Assembly (NCBI GenBank): GCA_037440365.1
Contig: JBBIUF010000006.1
Coordinates: 10,134 to 74,133 of the forward strand
Origin: Chloroflexota bacterium
Lineage (GTDB): Bacteria; Chloroflexota; Anaerolineae; UBA4142
DNA: 64,000 nucleotides
Reading direction: 5' to 3'
In this document: positions 1-9,185 of the stretch, piece by piece
How positions within the stretch are numbered: position 1 is the stretch's first letter
Layout: every line of letters starts with the position of its first letter
Position numbers and translations under genes: made by a program
The notes under the pieces: generated by a model
Told to the model about the DNA's origin: nothing
The model's database searches: none
Seen by the model: the letters and a program-made list of their open reading frames with translations, nothing else

Positions 1-925
1 CGGCAACGGATTGAATAATCTCCAACACGCCTTCGTTCTCCGCAATCGGCACCGCCGTCACCGTCACATCCGCGCCCGGCGATAACGCTTGCACCGTGTG
101 ACGAATCTGGTGGGTGACCTCGTGGCTTTCTTCAAACGACAGGTGGCGCGGCACGGCGACTCGCAATTCAACAAAGACCAGCGCGCCCGAACCGCGCACG
201 CGAATTTGGATCACACGCTGAACCCCGGTGACACCTTCCACCGCTTGCGTAATGCGATCCGCCAACCCGCGCGGCGCGGTATCGAGCAAGCCATCAATCG
301 TGCGCTTGCCCAGTTGCGCGCTGACATAGATTACGATGAGCGCAACGACCAACGCGGCCATCGCGTCCGCGCGCATGAACGTTGCTTCCTGTCCAGTCAG
401 TTTGCCGAACAACACAAAACCCAAGCCAATGATGACAACGGACGATGACCACACGTCGGTGCTAAAATGAAGCGCGTCCGCTTCCAACGCCTGGCTATTA
501 TATTTTTTCGCCGCGCGCGCCAACATCCGCGACCGCGACACATCCACCACAATCGAAATGCCCATCGTCAGGAACGCCCAGAGACTGGGGTCCACTTCCA
601 CGCTCACGGCGATCAAGCGACTGACGGCTTCGTAAATAATCCACGCGCACGTGATAAACAGCAAAATCGTTTCCGCGAGCGCGCTCAAGTTTTCGACTTT
701 GCCATGCCCGTAGAGATGGGTTTCGTCGGCAGGGCGATCACTCACGCGCACCGCGAAAAAGGTGATAATCGCGGCAACAAGATCGAGCGCCGAGTGCGCG
801 GCTTCGGCAAGGATACCGAGACTACCGGTCATGACCCCGATCACCAGTTTCATCGAGGTCAAGAAGATAGCGGCTAAAACCGAACTTGCCGCCGCGATTC
901 CTTTTTCACGCGCCTGAGTTTCCAT
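1..925 (-). CDS. Cation diffusion facilitator (CDF) family metal efflux transporter; C-terminus cut by the left window edge
   Basis: The frame runs off the edge, so it is absent from the ORF track. My reverse-strand translation from the ATG (CAT at 923-925) reads METQAREKGIAAASSVLAAIFLTSMKLVIGVMTGSLGILAEAAHSALDLVAAIITFFAVRVSDRPADETHLYGHGKVENLSALAE...EADALHFSTDVWSSSVVIIGL.... These are CDF-type TM helices with the HxxxD and H/D metal-site motifs, followed by a cytoplasmic domain. The + strand track ORFs at 89..877 are Arg-rich shadows. Confidence 0.8.
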   Translation of the reverse strand, partial: METQAREKGIAAASSVLAAIFLTSMKLVIGVMTGSLGILAEAAHSALDLVAAIITFFAVRVSDRPADETHLYGHGKVENLSALAETILLFITCAWIIYEAVSRLIAVSVEVDPSLWAFLTMGISIVVDVSRSRMLARAAKKYNSQALEADALHFSTDVWSSSVVIIGLGFVLFGKLTGQEATFMRADAMAALVVALIVIYVSAQLGKRTIDGLLDTAPRGLADRITQAVEGVTGVQRVIQIRVRGSGALVFVELRVAVPRHLSFEESHEVTHQIRHTVQALSPGADVTVTAVPIAENEGVLEIIQSVA

Positions 926-939
926 CGTGGTTGTCGTGG

Positions 940-1839
940 TCAAACCATCCTCCCGCAATAGATTTTTATCCGTTTTTGCAAACGTTCCCACACCGATGGC
1001 GCGCGCAACGCCAGAATGCTCGGCAGAGCGGCACGCAACGCGGCTGTGCCTGCGGCGCGCGCTTGGTCAAGCAGATCAAAATCAATCAAACCGATTGATT
1101 GCACAGCGGGACGGACGATCACATCCGGCGCATCGCGCGTCAGTTTGAGCGCGCGCGCGGGCTGGGTCATAATGCTGATGGCGCGCGCCGCCACGCGGAA
1201 AATTTTTTGTTGCTCTGCCGTAAAGATAAATTGAAACAATAACTCTTCAGGACGCTTGACCGAATCGCGTGCGGAAAAGATCGGTTCGTCGGCGGCCAGG
1301 TCTACCGCGATCACGCGGTCAGCGCCGAGCGCGCGCGCCACATCAAATGGAACCTGGTTGAGCAAGCCGCCATCGAGATAATGCAGACCGCCGATTAGCG
1401 TTGGCGCGAGAATAGCTGGGAAGGAACAACTTGCGCACACGGCGTCGGCAACCAAGCCGGACGTAAATACCACTTCGCGTTGCGATTCCATTTCAACGGC
1501 AACTGCGGCGAATGGGCGCGGTAAATTTTCAATGCGCGCGTGCGCGCCCAGTTCCGCTTCGATCACGCGACGAATCCCATCGGTGCTAAACAAACCCATG
1601 CCCGTGCGATCGCGCGCGAGCCATTGGCGCAAACCCGTCTGCCGCATCCGTCGTTCGATTTGGTCTGACGTTTTGCCCGCCGCAGACAGCGCGCCGATGA
1701 TCGCGCCCGCGCTGGTTCCTGCGATCACAGCCACGTCAATCTGCGCGTGTTCGAGCGCGTGCAAAACGCCAAGATGTGCGAATCCTTTTGCCCCACCGCC
1801 GCCGAGTGCAATACCCAGTTTCATCATCATGGTCCGCAA
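940..1839 (-). CDS. Patatin-like phospholipase family protein
   Basis: 299-aa track ORF. It carries GGGGAKG (oxyanion hole), GTSAG (GxSxG nucleophile) and YLDGG (catalytic Asp). The true start may be the MKLG Met at 1824. Confidence 0.85.
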   Translation of the reverse strand: MRTMMMKLGIALGGGGAKGFAHLGVLHALEHAQIDVAVIAGTSAGAIIGALSAAGKTSDQIERRMRQTGLRQWLARDRTGMGLFSTDGIRRVIEAELGAHARIENLPRPFAAVAVEMESQREVVFTSGLVADAVCASCSFPAILAPTLIGGLHYLDGGLLNQVPFDVARALGADRVIAVDLAADEPIFSARDSVKRPEELLFQFIFTAEQQKIFRVAARAISIMTQPARALKLTRDAPDVIVRPAVQSIGLIDFDLLDQARAAGTAALRAALPSILALRAPSVWERLQKRIKIYCGRMV

Positions 1840-1943
1840 GAAAAAGACCTCCTCCGCGAGTCATCGCGAAAGAGGCCCCCCTCGTGATCAAGAGCCGCAC
1901 TCATTCTATCCTGTTCGGCGTGTTTCGTCAAAAAACATTTGGG

Positions 1944-2777
1944 TCAATGATACGCCCACACAATCACCAATGCGAACACCAGCGTCAAACCCAGTTCGAT
2001 TAAACCAAGGCGTGGCAAATTGACGCGCGCCGGGCGCGTGAGGACGCCGCCGATCACTTTGCCCAGCGGCAATACAAACGCGATGGGTGCGAGCAAGGGC
2101 AGAAAACCGAGGACAGCCGCCAGCGTCAGCAAGGTGATCACGATCAGGTGATACGCTAGCGTGACCCGCCCAGCCCACACGCGCGCGCGCATTGTGGTTG
2201 ATGCGGTGGTCATGCGTGGTTGTTCGCGCACTTTGAATTTGATGTACGAGATCGTGCCGCCGAAATATAAAATGTTCAGCCCATACAACGCAAACGCGGT
2301 AGCATCCAGCGCGCGTGTGGCAACCAGGTATGCGCCAGGCGCGCCCAACGCCAAGCCCGCCACGCCAATCCATTCGCCGAGGGTGGACATTTCCGCGCGT
2401 TGTAATGTCAGCACCAAATAGAGCGTCAGCAAAACAAATCCGAGCGCGGCAAAAAAGTAAAGCGCGACGAGTTGCGTCATCACGAGCAAGACAATTCCAC
2501 ACACCCCCGTGAACAACGCATAAACTACGCTCCATTGCAACGCAGTCGTCCGCGTACTCGGCGCGCGCGCTCTCAGCGCCAACATGAGCGGATAGCGCAA
2601 GAGGAAAAAGCCAAACGCGGTCAGCGCAAACAACGCCACGTCAAGCTTGACCGTGCGCGCCGCACTGACGCCCACGATCAGCGGCACAGCGAACATTGCC
2701 CATGCGCCATGCTCGCGCGGAAATGGCGGATGTAGCTTTTGCGACAAACGTTTGAACATTCCAACCTCCACACACAA
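1944..2777 (-). CDS. Polytopic membrane protein, YwiC-like family (tentative)
   Basis: 277 aa and hydrophobic throughout (about 8 TM helices). The N-terminal PREHGAWAMF motif resembles the YwiC-like family as I remember it. Confidence 0.55.
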   Translation of the reverse strand: MCVEVGMFKRLSQKLHPPFPREHGAWAMFAVPLIVGVSAARTVKLDVALFALTAFGFFLLRYPLMLALRARAPSTRTTALQWSVVYALFTGVCGIVLLVMTQLVALYFFAALGFVLLTLYLVLTLQRAEMSTLGEWIGVAGLALGAPGAYLVATRALDATAFALYGLNILYFGGTISYIKFKVREQPRMTTASTTMRARVWAGRVTLAYHLIVITLLTLAAVLGFLPLLAPIAFVLPLGKVIGGVLTRPARVNLPRLGLIELGLTLVFALVIVWAYH

Positions 2778-2862
2778 TTTCCTGTGACACTAGTTGTATG
2801 CAAGGCAGAGCGCTCTGGCAATGACAATTGTCACACAAACATGCGCCTGCCCTTTGCCCCCG

Positions 2863-2891
2863 TTGACGAACCTGCCACTTTCGGCTATAAC
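2863..2891 (+). promoter_or_regulatory. Candidate sigma70-type promoter for the 2946 gene
   Basis: TTGACG (2863-2868), a 17-nt spacer, then TATAAC (2886-2891), about 55 nt upstream of the ATG. Confidence 0.35.
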
Positions 2892-2945
2892 ATTGGCGTT
2901 GGGGGTTTGTTCAACCCAACTCATTTATACCACAAGGAGTAACCA

Positions 2946-3323
2946 ATGGGCATTATCATCGTGTTGCACTCGGTCGTGCGGTTTGTGCTTTTGCTGGTCG
3001 CCGTAGTGGGCATCGTCAAAGTCTTGCTCGCCGTCGCGCAGAAAAACACAGCAGACAAGCTCGACGCCACGCTCGCGTCCGCGTTCACGGGGCTGTATGA
3101 TTTGCAAGCCCTGCTCGGCATCCTGATCATTTTTCTCGGTGGGCTGGGAAATCCTTTGCACCCAATTGTCATGTTTATTGGCGTGTTTGCCGCGCATGGT
3201 TTGCAAATGATGGTCAAACGCGCGCAAGGTTCACAAGCACAGTGGCTGCGCTTGGCGCTTTACATCGTGCCGCTCGCGATTATTCTTGTTGGGCTTGCCG
3301 CCATCAATCATTTGCCTGTGTAA
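2946..3323 (+). CDS. Small integral membrane protein (about 4 TM), unknown function
   Basis: 125-aa ORF with AAGGAG 6 nt upstream of the ATG and alternating hydrophobic helices. I recognise no family. Confidence 0.55.
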   Translation: MGIIIVLHSVVRFVLLLVAVVGIVKVLLAVAQKNTADKLDATLASAFTGLYDLQALLGILIIFLGGLGNPLHPIVMFIGVFAAHGLQMMVKRAQGSQAQWLRLALYIVPLAIILVGLAAINHLPV

Positions 3324-3385
3324 AATTCTCCAACTGCAACGGCGCGTCAAAACGCTCACACAATTTCAAATGCGCTGGAAATTAA

Positions 3386-3419
3386 AGACTGCTGACCGAT
3401 TAAACTTGGTCAGCAGTCT
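3386..3419. terminator. Hairpin between convergent genes (bidirectional terminator candidate)
   Basis: AGACTGCTGACC (3386-3397) pairs with GGTCAGCAGTCT (3408-3419), a 12-bp perfect stem with a 10-nt loop. The flanks are A/T-rich, and it lies between the 2946..3323 (+) and 3440..3676 (-) genes. Confidence 0.55.
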
Positions 3420-3439
3420 TGTCGTCACCGCGCGAAAAA

Positions 3440-3676
3440 TCAACTCGTCTGGTTGTCCGCCGCCGGATCAACCGTGTGCCGCAAATACGGCGGCAACTCG
3501 GTACCGGTGCTCAATTCCCACAGCGACGCTTTGAGCTTGCTAATCTCGCGCAACAACTCACGGCGCTCATGCTGATAATCTTCCATGATCACTTCTAAAT
3601 CGGACAACTGGACTGATTTTTCTTGAATCTGGTGGATCAGGTCTTGGATTCCCTGTTTCGTTTCGTCGTCAACCAT
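3440..3676 (-). CDS. Small coiled-coil protein, last gene of the ccm transcription unit (hypothetical)
   Basis: 78-aa ORF with heptad-like charged sequence (IQDLIHQIQEKSVQLSDLEVIMEDYQHERRELLREISKLKASL). An AGGGGG-like RBS precedes the ATG. It lies 35 nt downstream of ccmD. Confidence 0.4.
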   Translation of the reverse strand: MVDDETKQGIQDLIHQIQEKSVQLSDLEVIMEDYQHERRELLREISKLKASLWELSTGTELPPYLRHTVDPAADNQTS

Positions 3677-3711
3677 CGGCGATACCCCCTAAAATAGATC
3701 GCAACACCCCG

Positions 3712-3840
3712 TCACTCGTCTTGTTTCGAATCCAGCCGTGCGCGCTCACGTTCAATCGTTCGCATCCGTTGCCAGATATTGAGGCTATAGCCAACCAGGA
3801 CAACCGCGATCAACACATAGGCAATGATCATATAATCCAT
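3712..3840 (-). CDS. ccmD: CcmD-like small heme exporter protein
   Basis: Too short for the track. My reverse-strand translation is MDYMIIAYVLIAVVLVGYSLNIWQRMRTIERERARLDSKQDE (42 aa), a single TM helix with a charged tail. It starts 4 nt after the ccmC stop, which is the canonical position and architecture for CcmD. Confidence 0.55.
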   Translation of the reverse strand: MDYMIIAYVLIAVVLVGYSLNIWQRMRTIERERARLDSKQDE

Positions 3841-3844
3841 CGCG

Positions 3845-4597
3845 TTATCCTCCTGACTCGCGCAAGAAATTCACTTGATCGCGTGCTTGCTCCAAACGCA
3901 CGCGTTGAATCAGTAGCGCGATGAACAAGAATGTGAATGATAACAGGCAGACCATCAGCGTTTGCGTCATCGCCGGAGCGAGCCCCCCTTCACTGCCAAT
4001 CAGCAACGTCGGGTGCATGGTGCGCCACAACTCAACTGACAAGTAAATGATCGGCACGTCAAGAAAGCCGACAATGGCAAGCACTGCCGCAAAACGCATC
4101 CGTCGTTCGCCATCCGCCGAGCGCCGTAACATTAAATAACCGACGTAGATCATCCATAGAATCAATGTCGTCGTGAGGCGCGCATCCCAGACCCAGAACG
4201 CGCCCCAGGCTTTTTTCGCCCACAATGGACCGGTGAGCAAAACCAGCGTCGTAAACACCACGCCGATTTCCGCTGACGCGAGGGCAAGCGCATCCCATTT
4301 GCGTTCGCGTTTCCACAGGTACAGCAAACTCGCGACGAAGACAACGCCGAACGCGAGAAAGCCGATCCATGCCGACGGCACGTGAAAATAAAAAATTCGT
4401 TGCGCGTCGCCCATCGTTTTTTCCATCGGGGCGTACCACATCGCCATGTAAAATCCAATGGCAATGTTGACGATCGCTACCAGACTGATCCCATAAGCCC
4501 AGGGCGTGATTTTTTTATCGTCGAGAAATTGCCAATACAAACCGACTGGTTTTTTCGCCGGTTCGTCATGGGTTGTTGCAATTAAACTGGAGGCCAT
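3845..4597 (-). CDS. ccmC: Heme exporter protein CcmC
   Basis: 250 aa. It has RIFYFHVPSAW and the tryptophan-rich WGAFWVWDARLT (WWD) motif characteristic of CcmC. Confidence 0.9.
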   Translation of the reverse strand: MASSLIATTHDEPAKKPVGLYWQFLDDKKITPWAYGISLVAIVNIAIGFYMAMWYAPMEKTMGDAQRIFYFHVPSAWIGFLAFGVVFVASLLYLWKRERKWDALALASAEIGVVFTTLVLLTGPLWAKKAWGAFWVWDARLTTTLILWMIYVGYLMLRRSADGERRMRFAAVLAIVGFLDVPIIYLSVELWRTMHPTLLIGSEGGLAPAMTQTLMVCLLSFTFLFIALLIQRVRLEQARDQVNFLRESGG

Positions 4598-4610
4598 ATC
4601 ATTTCATCCT

Positions 4611-5171
4611 CTATTTGATTGTCGCGCCGCATTTGGCACAAAATTGATCGCCGAGCGAGGCGCGTTTGCCACAGGCAGGGCAACGCACGCCGCGCAACGA
4701 CGTGCCACACTTGGCGCAAAATACATCGCCGACCGCGTGTGGCGTGCCGCATTTGGGACACGCAGACGAGGCATTGCGGCGCAACTCGCCCACTTCGCGC
4801 TCGATCGAGTCATCCGTGCGCGCGATGCGTCCGCTGGCTTTTTGCGACGCGCCCAGGTTGTCGAGTTCTTGCAATAACACGACGGCTTTGGTTTCATATT
4901 TGGCGCGCATCATTTTATAATCCGCGTCAGACAGTTTGCCCATCGTGTGATCAAATTCCAAGTCCTTGATCGCCGCGTAGGTCGCGTCGCGTTGCCCAAT
5001 GAGATTATCCACCACCGGATCGGTCAAGCCCACAAACGTGACATCTAAATCGCGCGTGGATTTGAAGAGCGGATACGCAACGACCGCAACCGATGCGATG
5101 ATGACAAACGCAATGACCACAGTTATCATTGAATCACCCAGGAAATACATGGTGCGAATGCGGAGCGGCAA
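4611..5171 (-). CDS. Membrane-anchored double zinc-ribbon protein embedded in the ccm cluster (possible CcmI/CcmH-like accessory)
   Basis: 186 aa. It has an N-terminal TM helix (the likely true start is MITVVIAF at 5129). The central helical segment KDLEFDHTMGKLSDADYKMMRAKYE is reminiscent of CcmI N-terminal regions. The C-terminus has CPKCG..FCAKCG and CPACG..FCAKCG zinc ribbons. Confidence 0.6.
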   Translation of the reverse strand: MPLRIRTMYFLGDSMITVVIAFVIIASVAVVAYPLFKSTRDLDVTFVGLTDPVVDNLIGQRDATYAAIKDLEFDHTMGKLSDADYKMMRAKYETKAVVLLQELDNLGASQKASGRIARTDDSIEREVGELRRNASSACPKCGTPHAVGDVFCAKCGTSLRGVRCPACGKRASLGDQFCAKCGATIK

Positions 5172-5209
5172 CCGTCACACGCACCATTCCACATTCGCTC
5201 AATTAGCCG

Positions 5210-7294
5210 TTAGGCTTGCGCCAACGCTTCTTTGACGCGCGAGCGCACCAACGCGCGCGCTTCGCGCGGATCGGGCCACGCGGCGATCAGCGTGCCAACA
5301 ACCAGCACTCCAAAGCCGACCCACAACCACACCACCAGGGGGTTGATGATCACCTTGATTGTCGCCGTGCCGGCTGTGGCGTCAAAGCCAGCCAGAATAA
5401 TGTACAAGTCTTCTAGCGGAGTGGTGCGCACGGCAACCTCAGTTGTCCACTGCGACTGATCAGGATTGGGGCTAGCATAGAAATCTTTTTCTGGCACTAA
5501 CGTTGCAACCCGCACACCGTTTTGCAAAATCGTCAAGCGCGCGGTCACGGCTTGGTGGTTTTCAGTCGGGAAAATTTGCAAGCCGTCGTACTGAATTGTA
5601 TATTGTTTGAGCTGGGTCGTTTCACCCGCTTTCAAGTTCGCTTGGGTGTCCACCTGGTAAAACGATGATCCCGCAATACCGATCACGCCCAGCACCACGC
5701 CCACATGCACAATATAACCACCGTAACGGCGGCGGTTTTGCGTGACTAGGTTCAACGCCGCGGTGGCATAGTTTTCATTATACTGGCGATGTCGCGCGAC
5801 GATGCCGCGATAAAATTCTGAGACAATCGTCGCCAACACAAATGTCGCCGCGCTATAAGCGACAAAACCGTACCATTCGCGCACGCCGAGAGCGAACAGC
5901 ACAATCACAGAAATGACCGCCGCGGCAAACGGGCGCAAGAAATTACGCAACAAATTTTCGGCGGTCGCGCGCCGCCAACCGATCAACGGGCAAATCCCCA
6001 TCAAGACGATGAGCGCAAAAAAGATTGGGCCGTTGACTTGATTAAAGAACGGCGCGCCCACGGTAACTTTTTTCGCCGTGATCGCTTCACTGACCATCGG
6101 GAATATGGTGCCCCAGAGGGTTGCAAACGCCGCGCCAACCAGGATCAAGTTATTCAGCAGAAACGAGGATTCGCGCGAAATAAGCGAATCTAGTTCGTTT
6201 TCTTCTTTTAGATCGTTCACGCGATTGAACAACAGATACAAGAACGATAACAACGTGAGCGCCAGGAATACCAGAAACCAGGGACCCAAACTCGATACAC
6301 CAAACGCATGCACCGATTGAATGATGCCACTGCGCGTGATGAACGTTCCCAGGATCGACAGGATGAACGTTAGCATCACCAAGACCAGGTTCCAAATTTT
6401 CAGCATCCCGCGCCGTTCCTGGATCATGACGCTATGCAAAAATGCGGTGCCGGTCAGCCAGGGCATCAGACTGGCGTTTTCCACCGCGTCCCAGCCCCAG
6501 TAACCGCCCCAGCCCAATTCTTGATACGCCCACACCATCCCAAATAGCAAACCGAGCGAGAGGAACAACCACGAGATCAACGTCCAGCGGCGGGTCGTGC
6601 GAATCCACACATCGCTCAAGCGGCGCGTGAACAACGCCGCCATGGCAAACGCAAAGGGAATCGTAAAGCCGACATAGCCCAGATATTGCGTGACGGGGTG
6701 AATAAACATGCCGGGGTTTTGCAACAAGGGGTTCAAACCATTGCCATCGGGCGGCGTGAAATCAAGCATCCGGAATGGACTGCCAACCAACGCCGCCGTC
6801 CCGCCTGCCGTGAAGGGAGTGATGATGAAAAAGCCCGCCTTGGCGGGATCCACCGCGATCGTGATCAAAGCCAGGAAGAAGGCTTCGGCAAACGCCAAAC
6901 CGGCGGCGACATAGGGAATCAACTCTTGATTCTTGTCGTGATTTTGCACGAGCGCAATTGCGGTAAACACGGAAAGCAACCACGCCCAGAACAAGAGCGA
7001 ACCTTCCTGTCCGCCCCACAACGCCGAGATATTGTAAAGCAAAGGCTGAGCGATACTCGTTTGAATGGCAACGTACTCAAAACGAAATTGATGCGTGATG
7101 AGCGCCCATTCGAGAATACCAACCGCGAGAGTAGTCAGTGCGGCAGTCACAAAAATTGCATTGCGGGCACTGGCAAAAAGTTCGAGGCGATTACGGCGGG
7201 CGGCGATGAATGCCGCGCCCGCCGCATAGAGGGAAAGAAATAATCCGATCAGCAGTGACGCGTAGCCGAGGTCGGCCATTGCGAAGTCTGCCAT
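5210..7294 (-). CDS. ccmF: Cytochrome c-type biogenesis protein CcmF (heme lyase component)
   Basis: 694 aa and polytopic. It carries the WGGYWGWDAVENASLMPWL WWD motif. Confidence 0.92.
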   Translation of the reverse strand: MADFAMADLGYASLLIGLFLSLYAAGAAFIAARRNRLELFASARNAIFVTAALTTLAVGILEWALITHQFRFEYVAIQTSIAQPLLYNISALWGGQEGSLLFWAWLLSVFTAIALVQNHDKNQELIPYVAAGLAFAEAFFLALITIAVDPAKAGFFIITPFTAGGTAALVGSPFRMLDFTPPDGNGLNPLLQNPGMFIHPVTQYLGYVGFTIPFAFAMAALFTRRLSDVWIRTTRRWTLISWLFLSLGLLFGMVWAYQELGWGGYWGWDAVENASLMPWLTGTAFLHSVMIQERRGMLKIWNLVLVMLTFILSILGTFITRSGIIQSVHAFGVSSLGPWFLVFLALTLLSFLYLLFNRVNDLKEENELDSLISRESSFLLNNLILVGAAFATLWGTIFPMVSEAITAKKVTVGAPFFNQVNGPIFFALIVLMGICPLIGWRRATAENLLRNFLRPFAAAVISVIVLFALGVREWYGFVAYSAATFVLATIVSEFYRGIVARHRQYNENYATAALNLVTQNRRRYGGYIVHVGVVLGVIGIAGSSFYQVDTQANLKAGETTQLKQYTIQYDGLQIFPTENHQAVTARLTILQNGVRVATLVPEKDFYASPNPDQSQWTTEVAVRTTPLEDLYIILAGFDATAGTATIKVIINPLVVWLWVGFGVLVVGTLIAAWPDPREARALVRSRVKEALAQA

Positions 7295-7364
7295 AGCTTC
7301 GTCTCCTTCGTCAGTCAGACAGACGTACCCGGTTCAAACCACTGGGTGCGTTTTGAACGACCGA

Positions 7365-7817
7365 TTATTGTGTAGGTTGTGTCACTTGGGATTCGTACTT
7401 GGAGGGACATTTGACCAGCAAGGTGCTGGCAACAAACACGCCATCTGCACCCAGCTTGCCTTCGGCAACCACGCTTTCGCCTTGTTCAAACGTATCCGGC
7501 TTGACGCCTTTGTAAACAACCGGTTGAACCAGGTTGCCATCTTTGAGGTCGAATTTCAAAACCAGGGATTTATCATCAAACTGGATAGAGGTTTTGTCGA
7601 GCGGCGCATTCAAGCGCAACGGTTGATTGATCATCGCCGCGCGTTGCGCGTTCAACTCGGGCAACGTCAAATAGTAAATCGCGTTCGATTGAAACGACGA
7701 GACAGTGACATACACAATCACGCCGAGGATAATCAAACCACCAATCAAAAATTTTAGTTTGCCGCCAACCTTGACGGTCGCTTTCTGCTCCAACGCAGGG
7801 GCAGTCATAGTACTCAT
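7365..7817 (-). CDS. ccmE: Heme chaperone CcmE, Cys-type (CxxxY) variant
   Basis: 150 aa with an N-terminal TM anchor and an OB-fold-like body (VVYKGVKPDTFEQGESVVAEGKL). The C-terminal LLVKCPSKYES occupies the place of the canonical LAKHDENY. Confidence 0.85.
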   Translation of the reverse strand: MSTMTAPALEQKATVKVGGKLKFLIGGLIILGVIVYVTVSSFQSNAIYYLTLPELNAQRAAMINQPLRLNAPLDKTSIQFDDKSLVLKFDLKDGNLVQPVVYKGVKPDTFEQGESVVAEGKLGADGVFVASTLLVKCPSKYESQVTQPTQ

Positions 7818-8021
7818 GGCTTTCTCCTTGAATGGGTGTGTGACCTTGACTATGTTCAGAATATCACCAACAAGTCAAAAAGCGGTCAGAGAGCAGTCCA
7901 ATGCAAGTCCAAGTTTGTTTTAGGTTGCCCAACGGGATTGTGCTATAATACCAGCATAACCTTGCGTGGATGGGGCAAGTCGCGCAAGGTTACGTTGTGT
8001 CTCTGAGGAGTATGTGTTCGA

Positions 8022-9080
8022 GTGAATCGCATGCGTAAAATTATTCTCGCCGGCGTGTTTTTATTCGCATCGTTGTTGATCGTTCAATGTCGCGCAACGC
8101 CGATCTTGAATGTCAGCACAACCCAACCACCATTACCCGTCGCCACAGTGACGCCGGTCTCGACCGTGACGCCAACCGGAACGCAGACTCCAAATATCGC
8201 GGTTGAACCAGCGCCCGTTCCGCCGACCCCAACACCCCGTCCAACCCCAACGCCGATCCCCTGGTCTCAGTATGCCAGCATCGAACACAATATCACGTAT
8301 TGCACTGTGGACGGCGAAGCACTAAAACTCGATCTCTATTTTCCAAAAACGCCAAGCACGCAACCCATGCCTGTATTGATCAACATTCATGGCGGTTCGT
8401 GGAGTTTTGGCAGTAAGACCGATAGCGAAACGCGCGTGGATATTCCCAGTCTCGTCGAGCAAGGTTTCGTCGTCGCCGGCATTGACTATCGGCTTGCGCC
8501 CGCGCACAAATTTCCAGCGCAGATCGAAGATGTGAAATGCGCCATCCGATTTTTGCGCGCGCATGCGGCGCAATACCATCTCGATGTCAATCACTTTGGC
8601 GCGTGGGGTTGTAGCGCAGGCGGACACCTCGTCGCGCTCGCCGCCGTCGCGGATCAACGCGCTGGTTTTGATGTGGGCGAGTACGCCAATCAATCAAGCC
8701 GACTCCAAGCCGTGGTCCCCATTTCCGCCCCAGAAGACCTTGCGCTCTACAATGCCACCGCACGCGCCGATATGTTGCTCCGCGTGTTCAATATCCAGAC
8801 CACGCCCAACCCAATGCTCGCCGATGCAAGTCCCATCCACTATGTCACAAAAGACGCCCCACCGTTTCTCATCATCCAAGGCGATCATGACAACATCGTC
8901 ATTCCCGCCCACGCGGAATCCATGCTCACCCGCTTGAACGCAGTCCATGTTCCGGCACAATTGGTTCTCGTCAAAAACGGGCATCACTGTTTACCCACGG
9001 GCAATCCACCTCCCGAACCCAGCCGTAGCGAGATTACGAAAAAGATCGTCGACTTTTTTGATCAGACCTTGCGCCATTAA
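8022..9080 (+). CDS. Secreted alpha/beta hydrolase (esterase/lipase-like)
   Basis: 352 aa with a signal-like N-terminus and a Pro/Thr-rich linker. It has HGGSW (oxyanion), GCSAGGH (GxSxG), and later D and H residues. GAGGAG lies upstream of the GTG start. Confidence 0.8.
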   Translation: MNRMRKIILAGVFLFASLLIVQCRATPILNVSTTQPPLPVATVTPVSTVTPTGTQTPNIAVEPAPVPPTPTPRPTPTPIPWSQYASIEHNITYCTVDGEALKLDLYFPKTPSTQPMPVLINIHGGSWSFGSKTDSETRVDIPSLVEQGFVVAGIDYRLAPAHKFPAQIEDVKCAIRFLRAHAAQYHLDVNHFGAWGCSAGGHLVALAAVADQRAGFDVGEYANQSSRLQAVVPISAPEDLALYNATARADMLLRVFNIQTTPNPMLADASPIHYVTKDAPPFLIIQGDHDNIVIPAHAESMLTRLNAVHVPAQLVLVKNGHHCLPTGNPPPEPSRSEITKKIVDFFDQTLRH

Positions 9081-9185
9081 AAACAGGCCACACCCATATC
9101 CCTTAATCCAATTCTCATTCGTGTTTAATCCACAAGCCGCATACTCAATTTAACCAAGTTTACTTGTCTCGAAAGGACTGTTCTC

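Noticed and set aside
89-877. Plus-strand ORFs 89..448 and 467..877 from the track.
   Set aside because: They are Arg/His-rich nonsense. The opposite strand encodes a convincing CDF transporter that the track missed because it is open at the window edge.
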